A stretch of 64,000 nucleotides of DNA from a virus, in the IMG/VR virus record IMGVR_UViG_3300008050_008852, positions 32,001-96,000 of that record. One strand, given 5' to 3'. The translations under genes were made by a program, and so were the position numbers. How positions within the stretch are numbered: the first letter of the stretch is position 1; the number at the start of each line of letters is the position of its first letter. Positions 10,823 through 22,032 of the stretch are shown here, piece after piece. The notes beneath the pieces are model-generated. The model was not told where the DNA came from and did not search any database. It was given only the letters and a program-made list of their open reading frames with translations.

Positions 10823-13800
10823 AAAAAAATAGTAGAATATCAAGATATTATGACCTAACAAAAGATTTTGGTGAGTATAAATCGTCTAATTCATTAATTG
10901 GTTGGTGGACATTTAATAATAAGGACTCACCTTCAGCACAACAAATACCTTCAAAAGGAACTACGAGTCTTCCAGGAAAATTTATTGATGGCTGGGATGA
11001 TCAGGTTGTTTTAGGCCCTTCTTCATTTGAATCTCCAACTTTTTTAAAGGGTTTGCAACATTTAAATAAAGCTTCAGCTACTATTAGCAATGGTATTAAA
11101 GGTTTTCAGGTTGATGGTTTTGCAGATCAATCAAGTTATCCGACTAAAACATTTACACTATCAATCACATTTAGAATACTTCAAGATTATCCTCAACCAA
11201 TCGGCGCTGGCGCCGGCGATAAAAAAATTAATATTGCAACTATTTGTGATACCAATCCCGATACCCAAGACGGCCGTTTAGGCTTGTATTTTGATAGTGA
11301 TGGAGCCCCAGGCGGTCTTCCAAGCTTTTCTACTGCCCTTGCAATAGATGATGGTACAGTGAAAATATGGCAGTCCTATTTCGATCCCACACACCCAAGA
11401 TTTTCATCAATAAAACATTTAAGGGAATGGATTAGGATTGATTTTGTTGTTAACGACATCATCCGCGCAGAGTCGAAAGGCTGGTTGGGAAGTCAATATG
11501 CCGAAATATATATTAATGGTTTACCACCAGAGACAAAACAGTCCATCAACACCGCCGCGGTCAGCAGCTTCGACATAACCAAGCTTTTAATTGGGGGGGT
11601 GGAGGACAACTTTGCCCCGCTGGCAGGTAAACCAGGTATTCAATTGGGTGAGGTTGCCATCTTCTCCGCGGCCCTCACATCAAACGAAATTAGTTATCTT
11701 TATGATAAAACACAGTCATCTGAAAATTCTGGAAAATTAACAAATTCTCCAAGATCACAATTGACCTGTGGCGAATGTGAACATGATAGTTATCCAACAA
11801 TTAATCGATCCACTGACTGGAGAAGAACAGGCAGAAGAATACCTGTGTTTTCTGAAGATGAAGGGTTTACGGTACCTACCCAAACCGGCGTAATTAATTA
11901 TCCCACACTATTATTGTCCGGCACAGAAGCCGATGCAGCAATTGGTACAATTTTAACAAATAATAATTCGTTACCAACAATAGAAACTGTTATTGATACA
12001 CCTTCTGGTTCAATTGGTAGATCAAATATTGTTAAATCATATAAAAAATGTAGTTCTACAACAGATTCATCAGATATATACAGACCATTCAACGACCTGA
12101 TCGCCCCAACTAATATTGCGACTCAAAATAGTCATATGGCACACAGTTATCCAGGGTTTACAAATACTCTTGGTGATAGAGTTATAATAGATATTGACAT
12201 AACTCCCACAAGTGCAAAAGTTTTGCGTGTTGTGACTGGATCTGACGGTGAGACATTTGATGGCCCCAATACTTTATCAAGTATAGAAAATACTGGTTTG
12301 GCATATTTTAATTTTGTTAATGGTAATTTTGAATCAATAGGTGGTATAAATTCAGAAACAGGCGTGCGTAGTAACTGGAATTTACCAGGCGCTCGTTCCG
12401 GTTCCGCCTGTATCGGGAATAAAGCTGCATACGATGCCGGCCCCCTATATCAAAAATTTAATTCATTAACTGATGAGGATTGGTTAAAAATCCCACGAAT
12501 ATTTCAGCCCTATTCATCAATTATTTCTCATCGTGGTACGTTTAATCATCCTCATACGACCGACTTTAATAGTTTTCAATTTTTTAAAGGAAAGTCGTCA
12601 GCAGTATTAGATATTGACACCTCCGCCCCACTCTCCGCTCCAACAGCCACCCAGCCTCTTTTTCCAGATCCAGATAGTTGGTTTGAGTCTACAGTCGGGT
12701 ACCCCAACTCTCCAGGCTACGGCGGTTATAATCGCGTTAACAATGAATGGTCTCCATATAATTCTGACGTTTCCGGCCGTGGTTGGTGGTTCTTTAAATT
12801 CAAAAACGATCCAAAAAAATATCCAGACCCGCAGATGAAAACTCCATCGCTAATTTGGAATCGCTCAACAGCCCCTGTAGATTTAGGATTAAAATTTCTA
12901 TCAACACTTTCAACATTAGGTAAACCAATAGTATACACAAATTGGTGTAATAACAGTTTGTTTCATGCTTCTTCTTCCCAAACGTTGAAAATGAGTGATT
13001 ATATTAATTCTCCATTACTTTTAGAATCATTTGAGGTTAATGTTGATGTAGAGGCCAAACGTTTACAGCGCCCTTTTCTTAAGGAGATAGGCTCTGGTAA
13101 ATTTGCAATGGCAAGTAATACAAATAACCACATTGATTGTTTAACATTTTTCTTATTGCGTCAAGAAAATCCACATGTCAATTCTTTTACACCTTTAATA
13201 AGAAGTCAGGGTTCAAAACGTGAATTAGTATCTTATTCAAATCATATTTTTGCTTCTACATATGTTGGATATGATTGGCTTGATAGATCTCGCATTGCAG
13301 TAGATTGGAATACCGGTGACCAAACAACAGTGCCTTATTGTGGTTCTCGAACTTCAAGGGTTTTTGCTGTTCGAGAGGATGAGGTTCTTGATACAGTTGC
13401 TGCAAGCGATTCGTTTTCATATTATAAAAAATCGGACGGCACATCCCAAACCTCCCATGGCCCAAACGGCATATTTTTCTCAAAATTCAATGATTATACT
13501 ATTTTAGGGCATCCAGATCCAGATATCCCCTTGGACACCCGGGATATTAAAGCCTCGAAGCAACCTTTTGAGCAATATGTTACTGCGTCTAAAACAATTT
13601 CAACTATAGCCCCAGTACGAATAACTGAAGCATATGCACAAAAAATAACACCTGTATTACCTTCAATGCAAAGTACAGTGCCTCAAAGGGTTGGGGTTTC
13701 TAATGTTCAAGGACCATTCTTTAATTTTCATACCATGGGCAGCACCATCGATTATTTTTTTAGAAAGACATCAACTCCAATTCAACCACGTTTATTTTTG

Positions 13801-16245
13801 GACTGTATGGGCACTTACTGGCCTGGAGGAACAACTACTAAAAATAGAAAGAGGTTTGATAGTGATTTACTTTCTATTTATGCTTACACTAGCCCCGCCT
13901 ATCAATGGCCATTTGAAAAGATCGAAGATAGATTTTCTCATCCATATTCTAGAATTCTTACGTATAAAACCGGGTCTGTTAATACTTTGACATTTGAACC
14001 AGCAGCTGACATTATTTCAAAAATGTATACACCTCCAACCCGTAATATAGTTGGACCTGCAGGTTCTGCTAGAAAATATCTAAAAGATCGTGGAGGGGTC
14101 TTACCTGCAACACCAACAAGAACAGTAGCTCCATCGCAGTACTTGGCATATGATCCTACATATGCCCAGTCAGCTTATCCACCGTCTAATGTTATGGCTG
14201 GCAATCAAACACACAATCCAGCTCCAGGCTATATGTATTTTGATATGACTGGTTCTGTTAAAGAATCTGGCTACGTCTTATTACCACAAGATGAATTAAT
14301 TCTTGGAGTACAATGGTCTCCTGCAGACGCAGTACATAGATCATTTAAGGCAATCTCACATAATGCAAAGAATCTAACCTTTAAAAATCAATTGGCCGTC
14401 GGCCTCGGCGAGGTGCCTTATTTCAATAATGCAACCGCATTTGAAACAGCATGTTCGTCGTCAATTTCTGCTCCAGAAGTAGGTGCTCATACATATCGAA
14501 ATGCTGGATATTGTAATACAAATGATTTAACAATGTATGCTTCTGCATCATGTACAATCCTTCAAAAACCTGCCACGTTGAGACTTTATGGGACGCTTAT
14601 TAAAAATAATAAGCAGAAACAACATGTCCTACCTCAGCAATTAGTTACAAATTGCATACATGAAGCCATTGGAGATGAGCCTATTTTAGATGTATATGAG
14701 ATATCTTCCACCCATCTTCTATCAACATCCCCAGCAGCAAAATATGTTAGTGGTTCACTTTCTTCTGAATCTATATACTTTGATGTATCAACCAGCAAGA
14801 CACTTAATCATAGATATGACTTAGGCCGCGGCGAACGTAGATCTTATGCTAATTCAAACTTATTTGATGTAGGTTCGGTTAAGAGAGTGTCAAAGGCTTT
14901 TGATATGTCTGAATATTATTATGACTCTTTGGCGCCAAGTATAGAAGAGATGTTTAATATAGATGAAGTTCCACAAGTCTCATGTAGTGGTTCACTAAGT
15001 ATGTTCCCCGGGGGTGATATATTGCGCTCTCCCGATCCAGCCATCCTTAAGAAATATGACGCCACCAATGGAACATTTGTACCTATCTCTAGAGATTTTT
15101 ATCCCATCGCTGTAGATTCACACAACCGGAGTGAATATATTATAAGTGGCATCAATAATGCACCAGCACCTACAAATAAAGTTTTTGGTAGATCATTTCC
15201 TTTTGAACCTCGTTATTCAAGTGTTAAACGCATGTTTTATCAAAATCCCCAAGCTGGATATTTTTTCGGATGGCAAGAAGGCAGCACAAAATCCACAGAA
15301 AAACCATTTTATCCGACCATGTATTCTGGTTCACTTAATTGGCTCGGTCTCACCGGCGCATCGCATCTATCACAAGTTGGTTTTACTTCCGCCTCTCTCC
15401 ACATGGACCCCGGGATCATCCCAAATAACGGTTATACCTACCTCGACGGTCAATATGGAAGCACCGTGAGCCCAGCAGAAACAAAAGAATGGGATAAATA
15501 TAAGGGGCTTTTATTGCCACCTTCGATAGAAAAAATAAATAGATCTAGGGATATGGGTCCATCAACAGCTGTTGTATCACCAAACTTACCTGGGAGCCTC
15601 TTTAGAAAAGATTTCTTCCAAGGTGACTATACCGATCCAGGCGGCCCGGATTCTGTTGGGCATATTGTAACAAATTTTGAATTAACTTCGAGTAATAAAA
15701 CAAATTTACAGGCATTTTTTGGTGTTGGTGACAATCGCTATGGCTTACTAAACCATTATTATTATTATCTTGAATTTATCCCAGTCGGCAAAAACCACCC
15801 ACTCGAAGTCTTCAATTTTATTCGACATGCTTCGTTATTAACTCATAAACCTCGAGGGTATCGTTATGGTTTAATATCATCTTCACCAAAAAAACTAGAT
15901 GCTACATATCGACGAAATAATTATGGTCAGTTTCGCGACCTTCTTGAACAAAGAAAATATTCTGCATTATTTATCAATGATCCAATTGACGTTGTAATAG
16001 GTCGTAATAATAATAATTTACAACATCGAAGTAATTTAGTTACTACGCCAGCAGTGACTTGTACTTTTCGAGAACCAATTTTTAAAAATCCAATTATAAC
16101 AGGTCAGGCTGCTCAAGTATCTCCGGTACAAACAAATTCGTCAAATTTAAGTAATGCGGCAACGTCGTCACTTCCTTTCTACGACGGCGAATTAAAAAAT
16201 AGAGATACCGCCCCAGCCTCAGATACAGAAACTATTGTTTTGTAG
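10819..16245 (+). CDS. Very large virion protein with an N-terminal LamG-like domain
   Basis: 1808 aa; LIGWWTFN and EIYINGL...LLIGG...GEVAIFSAALTSNEISYLY LamG-like motifs. Confidence 0.6.
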   Translation: MKKNSRISRYYDLTKDFGEYKSSNSLIGWWTFNNKDSPSAQQIPSKGTTSLPGKFIDGWDDQVVLGPSSFESPTFLKGLQHLNKASATISNGIKGFQVDGFADQSSYPTKTFTLSITFRILQDYPQPIGAGAGDKKINIATICDTNPDTQDGRLGLYFDSDGAPGGLPSFSTALAIDDGTVKIWQSYFDPTHPRFSSIKHLREWIRIDFVVNDIIRAESKGWLGSQYAEIYINGLPPETKQSINTAAVSSFDITKLLIGGVEDNFAPLAGKPGIQLGEVAIFSAALTSNEISYLYDKTQSSENSGKLTNSPRSQLTCGECEHDSYPTINRSTDWRRTGRRIPVFSEDEGFTVPTQTGVINYPTLLLSGTEADAAIGTILTNNNSLPTIETVIDTPSGSIGRSNIVKSYKKCSSTTDSSDIYRPFNDLIAPTNIATQNSHMAHSYPGFTNTLGDRVIIDIDITPTSAKVLRVVTGSDGETFDGPNTLSSIENTGLAYFNFVNGNFESIGGINSETGVRSNWNLPGARSGSACIGNKAAYDAGPLYQKFNSLTDEDWLKIPRIFQPYSSIISHRGTFNHPHTTDFNSFQFFKGKSSAVLDIDTSAPLSAPTATQPLFPDPDSWFESTVGYPNSPGYGGYNRVNNEWSPYNSDVSGRGWWFFKFKNDPKKYPDPQMKTPSLIWNRSTAPVDLGLKFLSTLSTLGKPIVYTNWCNNSLFHASSSQTLKMSDYINSPLLLESFEVNVDVEAKRLQRPFLKEIGSGKFAMASNTNNHIDCLTFFLLRQENPHVNSFTPLIRSQGSKRELVSYSNHIFASTYVGYDWLDRSRIAVDWNTGDQTTVPYCGSRTSRVFAVREDEVLDTVAASDSFSYYKKSDGTSQTSHGPNGIFFSKFNDYTILGHPDPDIPLDTRDIKASKQPFEQYVTASKTISTIAPVRITEAYAQKITPVLPSMQSTVPQRVGVSNVQGPFFNFHTMGSTIDYFFRKTSTPIQPRLFLDCMGTYWPGGTTTKNRKRFDSDLLSIYAYTSPAYQWPFEKIEDRFSHPYSRILTYKTGSVNTLTFEPAADIISKMYTPPTRNIVGPAGSARKYLKDRGGVLPATPTRTVAPSQYLAYDPTYAQSAYPPSNVMAGNQTHNPAPGYMYFDMTGSVKESGYVLLPQDELILGVQWSPADAVHRSFKAISHNAKNLTFKNQLAVGLGEVPYFNNATAFETACSSSISAPEVGAHTYRNAGYCNTNDLTMYASASCTILQKPATLRLYGTLIKNNKQKQHVLPQQLVTNCIHEAIGDEPILDVYEISSTHLLSTSPAAKYVSGSLSSESIYFDVSTSKTLNHRYDLGRGERRSYANSNLFDVGSVKRVSKAFDMSEYYYDSLAPSIEEMFNIDEVPQVSCSGSLSMFPGGDILRSPDPAILKKYDATNGTFVPISRDFYPIAVDSHNRSEYIISGINNAPAPTNKVFGRSFPFEPRYSSVKRMFYQNPQAGYFFGWQEGSTKSTEKPFYPTMYSGSLNWLGLTGASHLSQVGFTSASLHMDPGIIPNNGYTYLDGQYGSTVSPAETKEWDKYKGLLLPPSIEKINRSRDMGPSTAVVSPNLPGSLFRKDFFQGDYTDPGGPDSVGHIVTNFELTSSNKTNLQAFFGVGDNRYGLLNHYYYYLEFIPVGKNHPLEVFNFIRHASLLTHKPRGYRYGLISSSPKKLDATYRRNNYGQFRDLLEQRKYSALFINDPIDVVIGRNNNNLQHRSNLVTTPAVTCTFREPIFKNPIITGQAAQVSPVQTNSSNLSNAATSSLPFYDGELKNRDTAPASDTETIVL

Positions 16246-16254
16246 GTTTTTATA

Positions 16255-19200
16255 ATGGCAACTGCATCAAAAGGCGAGTTAAGAAAAACCGATATATTAA
16301 AGCTTGAAGATTCAAGTGGTAATATAACAAGAGTTATTTCTCCAAACAATTTACAAGTTGGTTTGGATGATCCGGATTTTTTGTCATCATTGACAGTGAA
16401 GGGTCCAGTCGTCGCACAACTTGGTATTACTGGTTCAATTACACAGGTTACCGATGGTGTTGATTTTCTACAGCCTGGTACAAATATATCAATTACAAAA
16501 AATTCTGACGGTTCATTAACAATTGGGGCTACAGGTTTTCCAGCCACCGCAGCATTGAGCCTTGGCGATGGTCTTGCATATAATGCTGGTACAACGTTTG
16601 ATGGTTCTACTGCTAGAACACTTTCTCCAAAGTTTGTAAACATGGGAGGCTTAGCATCACCGAGTTCAGCTGGATTAAGAATTGATTTTAACAACTTAGC
16701 TACTCGTGCTATAGAAACTGAAGATATACTCTTGTTTGGAGAGACAGACAATGCTGTTTCTTATTTTCCAAAAAAATGTACAGTCGCCGATTTATTAGCT
16801 CTAGGTACAGCAGCAACTCTTACAAATGCAATAACTCTTGGAAATGGAATAGAAGATTCTGCCGGAGCCGCTTCAAGTTATAATAATACTGCTGCTATAA
16901 CATTAGCTATAACTGCAGAATCTTCTAAGGGAATAGGGATAACTTCCAGTGGAGTAAAAATAGATCCATCAACTCTTTCTTCTGCTACAGTAGCTACAGG
17001 AGACAAAGTTTTAATTGGTGACATAAATGATAGTGATAATATAAAATATGTTACTGCACAGTCGATCGCAAATTTAGCAACTGTTGGAACATTAACAAAT
17101 GCCCTCACCATTGGAGATGGTTTACAATTAAACTCAGGCACTACCTTTGATGGAACATCAGCAAGAACCTTAACTGTTCAAGCTGCAGACTCAACAATTT
17201 CTGCGGCTGCTGGTGGAATAAGCGTTTTAAAAGTGCCATCAATACTTTCCCACGGCCAAGGAATCGTAACATTTTCGTATGACGGCTCGTCATCAACACA
17301 AATTCAGGTCGATTTAAGCTCAGCTGGTGGATTAAACTTTAACGGTTCTGATGAAATTAAACTCGATATTAACAATTTGCCTGCCGGCACAATTCCTGCA
17401 GGATCAGACGAAATTTCTGTGGCATTTGGTCCAAATGATACCAGAAAGATAGATATATCAACCTTAGGTTCAGTAATAACAGCTGGTATAAATTCAAGCA
17501 CGGTTTGGATCGATGGCCGCAACAAAGCATATACAACCTCTTCAATAGCAGTATCAAATACTGGTGGATATGCTACATCATATGGTTTAGACAATTATTT
17601 TTATATATCAGGTTCAATAGGTAACATCACAAATTCAGCAAAGATTTCAGTTTTCGGTGGTGATACAGTAATAAGCGGTAGTGCTACTGCTCTTATGGGT
17701 TTATCTGGTTCATTAACTAGATTGCATGATGGCTCTTCATATATAGTCGCTGGTGACGGAATAACCGTTGCTTCATCATCAAATGGTCAAATTACTATTA
17801 CTGGAAACGTTGGTGATATAACTGGCGTCACTGCAGGAACTGGTCTTTCCGGTGGTGGCACATCTGGTGATTTAACTATTACAATAGATGATTCTGTTAC
17901 TGCCACTCTTACAGGCTCTCAGTTTTCTGGAAACGTTGGGGTGACTGGTTCTATAGGATCAACCTCTACAGTAACTTCACCGGCGCTATCTGGTTCCTTA
18001 ACACGTCTTCAGGATGGTTCATCCTATCTTCGTGAAGGTGCAAATGTTACAATATCTTCATCCTCTGCTGGTTATATTACTGTAGCGTCTACAAATACTA
18101 ACACAACATACACTGCTGGTACCGGACTCGATTTGACAGCTACAGAATTTAGTGTAGACGACTCTATTGTAGCCACCCTCACCGGGTCTCAGTTTTCTGG
18201 AAATATTGGAGTTACCGGCTCAATAGAAGCGACTAGCTTCTTTAGTGGCAGCATGTTTAAAGCACCTGTCTTATCGGGATCGCTTACGAAGCTTCATGAT
18301 GGATCTTCTTATCTTGTAGCTGGAAGTAATATTACCATTGCTACAGCTTCTTCAGGGGCAGTAACTATTGCAGGTGCTGCTTCAATGACAGCAGTGTCAG
18401 GATCAGCTTCCGTTACAGATGTTTCCACGATTAATTTTTCCAAGGCCGGTATTATTCAAGATTTAGGTTCGGGTGATATTGCTATTACAAGTTCAATAGG
18501 CGTGCCAGAAGATGGAACTTATGGCGATGGGTTATTTACTGATTTCAAAGAAGCAACACCTGTAGGAACAGCTGTGGATAGATTTAACGAAGTGCTAAAA
18601 GCACTTGCTCCATCACCTGCTCCATCGTTAGATGATCTAAATTCAAAAGAGACTGGCGCAACTACATTACTTTCATTTGGTGCAAGTAATAACCAGCAGG
18701 GTGCAATACCTCCATACTTTTCAGTAGATTCCTCCGCTGGACTAAAATCTGCGGTAGACGTAAATGGTAGTTATACAGTTGCAACAAGTAGCAACAATAT
18801 TCGAATTGCTACTTTTACCGGTACTACACACATTAGTGGTGTCTTAAATGCAGATGTTTCCTCCAACAGTCAAGGCAATAATATTCAGAATTATCCATTC
18901 TATTCGTTTGGCGATGGCGATTCAGGAGTGTTAAGATTAATTGTTAATGGAAGCACAATTAAAGAGATTGATCTTACATCTAATTTAATTGGTAGTGGCA
19001 CCTCCGGATTAGGAACAGGATCGTATGTAGACGCCAATGGGTCTGGATTTATTCTTCTTTCAACTGCTACCACAGGAACATTTTCCAACGGTAATCCCTT
19101 TAATTCATTCAAGCATCGAACAGGACAATACGTGGTGGCCCATCAAAGTCAAAGGGATGGATGGAATTATGCTCAAATTCAGCATGTTAGAACCGGTTCT

Positions 19201-22023
19201 ACACAAACGACAAATTATATTGAGTGGGTAAACGACAGCAATTCAGATGCATTAACCTCAGCCGGGGAATCTATAAGTTTCGCTGGCAGCGGGAGTGCTG
19301 ACCTCTCCGGAATTACTTATTATCGTAGTGGAACAGCAACATACAAGGTACGTGTTACCAATGCCTATAAATATACATACGACAATAACAACATTACGTT
19401 TAACACCACAAATAGTGCAGCAGCTAGTTCTAGTCCAACATTTTCCCTCAGTAGCCAATTTAAACCATCAATCGATACTGGCGTAGGGGAGACACAAAAT
19501 AAAGTATTACACCTCACAGGATCGTCAACAGTTAATGCCACTTATTTTTTAAGCGGTGCAGTTACCGCTAGTGTAAATGTAACAAGTCCACTTAAGTCCA
19601 ACTTATCCGCCGGCGGCCCTGCAGTGGTAGGCGAAATCCTGATGTACAATAGCACTGATACCAACACTGCGATTGCTGAAACATTTATGTCAGAAAGTTA
19701 TAGGTTACAATCCGGTTCCTTCGATACTCAGGCTACCGTTACAAACGCAAGTTATGATTGGAATTCATCAATTCATATGACCGGATCTAATACCAATTAT
19801 TTAAATGGTCTTCAATATTATAGGGATCGCTTATATTCTCCCTTGAATACTACTAATGCTGGTGACTTTTCTACATTTGTAAATGGACCTACCAATCCGG
19901 ATTATTCGGGTATTTCTGGTTTACGCACCTTTTATCGAAAATTCCAAAACACATCTGGTGTTCCAGTACGAGATATATCCTACCTTATTACTGGTAATGG
20001 GACAATTGAAGATGCTGGAACAGTTGTCGGGGCAAATAATAAATTCCGTGTATTCTTTAAATTACCAAGTAATGGCACCAACAATTCAGGGTGGATGGAT
20101 GTTGCATCAGCGTTTACATATAACGAAACAGGTAATAGAGAAGGGTGTTATATAGGGACGTTTACCGACACTGTAGGTACTACAAATTACGTAACATGGG
20201 GCACTGGTTCAATTGCTAACAACGAATTTATTGTGGCTAAAGTTGAGGCCGACGCATCTTGGACGGGTTATATTGACAGTATGGCAGTTTCTTTTGGTGC
20301 GGTGGGTTCAGTAATATCAGCGCCAAATGTCAATAATATCGACGTCAATACTGGCGGTACTGGAGCTGAATTAAGTTTTGGATCGTCCCTTGCACTTGCG
20401 GAGTACACTAATGTAGGAACAGCCGCCGGTAATTCAGCTGTGAATGCCAATGGTACATATAACATATCAGGAAACAGATATGGGATATATGGGCCTACAA
20501 TTACTTCCCGCGTCGGTACTATCAATGAGACTACTACTAGTCCTGGTAACAGTTATCCTGTCGATGCATTCGGCGGTGGTAATGCTAATACCGGTTCACT
20601 TAAATTAGAGGTGAATGGTGCTATTATTCAAACAACCAATTTGGCAACATTTACAAACGGTAGTGATTTTAATGGCGATGGTTCAGGATTTACACTCACT
20701 GCCGCCATACCCGGCGAAGATAGTAGTGAATTACCAGACTATACTAAATTTTATCGTACCGGCATTTACACTGTGGTTTCTGCCTCACAGGTAGATGGTT
20801 GGAACTATGCCAGGGTGACCCATACTGTTACTGGAAGTGATTATGAATCTACATATGTTGAATGGGTCAATGATATCTCTAATCCTTCAATTTCATTAAA
20901 TGATGTAACAATTGGAAATTTTGGTTCCGCCACTTCAAATTCTCTTTCAGGAATTAAATATTTTATATCGCCTTCTGGATCATTTAGAATGAGAACATCT
21001 AATGTATACAAGTATGTTTATAGTAGTAATTCAAACGCCATTAGTTTCCCAACGACAACAAATTCCACCATAACTTCTATTACAGGAAGTGGCCCGGGCG
21101 TAAATACAATCACAACTGCGGCAACCTATACTACCTTACCAAATTTAAATACAGGTGTCGCAACAGCTTATGATTACGATCTTTTCATTACAGGTGCTTT
21201 TAGTTTCGATCGAGCAACATCCATTCCTGGTGGAACGGCATATACGGCTACGGTGAGTGGTAGAGTGAATCATCCATTAAAAGGTAATACAACAACTTCA
21301 TCAACACAAAGTAATAAAGTGCTGGCTGCAACAATATCTGACACATCTACTACTACATCTGAATCCTTTACAGGCGAAGCAAAAAGATTAATTTCGGGAT
21401 CATATACCATCCAAGCAAATGTAACAAACGGTGCGAATGCATGGAATAGCACAATTTCACTAAACGGCGTGGATGCTTCTTATAATACGGGTCTTGCGAT
21501 CTATAATGGAGAATTAGCATCTCCTCAAAACATTGGTTTATCTAGTGATAAAGGAGACTTTAGGAATGTGTCTGAAGGCGGTTCCCTCGAAGCACCAACG
21601 GGTAATCCGGATTATAGTTCGTTAACAAATCCCACCCGCGATTATATTCGATCATTTACACAAACTGTCGCAGGCTCAAAATCTGGGTTTGATGTTACAA
21701 TCACAGGAACAGGTACAATCGTCTCAGCCGGTACAAGTTTAGCAAGTGGTAATAACTTTAATGTATTTTTCAAATTACCTCAAACATCTGCAGGATTCTC
21801 CACTGGGTGGATGGATCTTGCAACGGCATTTGCAACAGGTCAATATGGCGACAATGCCGGTTGTTTGAATGGCACCCTAACCAGCAATATTGCTGGTGGT
21901 GCAACCAATACTGCAACACTGGGTGTAAAATCAGTGGATCAGAACGAATATATTGTTGTTAAAATTGTTGCCGATAAAACATGGACCGGAAACCTCGAAT
22001 CCGTGTCAGTGTCATGGTCGTGA
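16255..22023 (+). CDS. Giant tail-fibre/appendage protein with Gly/Ser/Thr repeats and a duplicated C-terminal module
   Basis: 1922 aa; repeats such as ATLTGSQFSGNIGVTGSI and TTYTAGTGLDL; two copies of a module containing DGWNYA...EWVND...FFKLP...GWMD...AD..WTG. Confidence 0.7.
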   Translation: MATASKGELRKTDILKLEDSSGNITRVISPNNLQVGLDDPDFLSSLTVKGPVVAQLGITGSITQVTDGVDFLQPGTNISITKNSDGSLTIGATGFPATAALSLGDGLAYNAGTTFDGSTARTLSPKFVNMGGLASPSSAGLRIDFNNLATRAIETEDILLFGETDNAVSYFPKKCTVADLLALGTAATLTNAITLGNGIEDSAGAASSYNNTAAITLAITAESSKGIGITSSGVKIDPSTLSSATVATGDKVLIGDINDSDNIKYVTAQSIANLATVGTLTNALTIGDGLQLNSGTTFDGTSARTLTVQAADSTISAAAGGISVLKVPSILSHGQGIVTFSYDGSSSTQIQVDLSSAGGLNFNGSDEIKLDINNLPAGTIPAGSDEISVAFGPNDTRKIDISTLGSVITAGINSSTVWIDGRNKAYTTSSIAVSNTGGYATSYGLDNYFYISGSIGNITNSAKISVFGGDTVISGSATALMGLSGSLTRLHDGSSYIVAGDGITVASSSNGQITITGNVGDITGVTAGTGLSGGGTSGDLTITIDDSVTATLTGSQFSGNVGVTGSIGSTSTVTSPALSGSLTRLQDGSSYLREGANVTISSSSAGYITVASTNTNTTYTAGTGLDLTATEFSVDDSIVATLTGSQFSGNIGVTGSIEATSFFSGSMFKAPVLSGSLTKLHDGSSYLVAGSNITIATASSGAVTIAGAASMTAVSGSASVTDVSTINFSKAGIIQDLGSGDIAITSSIGVPEDGTYGDGLFTDFKEATPVGTAVDRFNEVLKALAPSPAPSLDDLNSKETGATTLLSFGASNNQQGAIPPYFSVDSSAGLKSAVDVNGSYTVATSSNNIRIATFTGTTHISGVLNADVSSNSQGNNIQNYPFYSFGDGDSGVLRLIVNGSTIKEIDLTSNLIGSGTSGLGTGSYVDANGSGFILLSTATTGTFSNGNPFNSFKHRTGQYVVAHQSQRDGWNYAQIQHVRTGSTQTTNYIEWVNDSNSDALTSAGESISFAGSGSADLSGITYYRSGTATYKVRVTNAYKYTYDNNNITFNTTNSAAASSSPTFSLSSQFKPSIDTGVGETQNKVLHLTGSSTVNATYFLSGAVTASVNVTSPLKSNLSAGGPAVVGEILMYNSTDTNTAIAETFMSESYRLQSGSFDTQATVTNASYDWNSSIHMTGSNTNYLNGLQYYRDRLYSPLNTTNAGDFSTFVNGPTNPDYSGISGLRTFYRKFQNTSGVPVRDISYLITGNGTIEDAGTVVGANNKFRVFFKLPSNGTNNSGWMDVASAFTYNETGNREGCYIGTFTDTVGTTNYVTWGTGSIANNEFIVAKVEADASWTGYIDSMAVSFGAVGSVISAPNVNNIDVNTGGTGAELSFGSSLALAEYTNVGTAAGNSAVNANGTYNISGNRYGIYGPTITSRVGTINETTTSPGNSYPVDAFGGGNANTGSLKLEVNGAIIQTTNLATFTNGSDFNGDGSGFTLTAAIPGEDSSELPDYTKFYRTGIYTVVSASQVDGWNYARVTHTVTGSDYESTYVEWVNDISNPSISLNDVTIGNFGSATSNSLSGIKYFISPSGSFRMRTSNVYKYVYSSNSNAISFPTTTNSTITSITGSGPGVNTITTAATYTTLPNLNTGVATAYDYDLFITGAFSFDRATSIPGGTAYTATVSGRVNHPLKGNTTTSSTQSNKVLAATISDTSTTTSESFTGEAKRLISGSYTIQANVTNGANAWNSTISLNGVDASYNTGLAIYNGELASPQNIGLSSDKGDFRNVSEGGSLEAPTGNPDYSSLTNPTRDYIRSFTQTVAGSKSGFDVTITGTGTIVSAGTSLASGNNFNVFFKLPQTSAGFSTGWMDLATAFATGQYGDNAGCLNGTLTSNIAGGATNTATLGVKSVDQNEYIVVKIVADKTWTGNLESVSVSWS

Positions 22024-22032
22024 GTGTGAATA

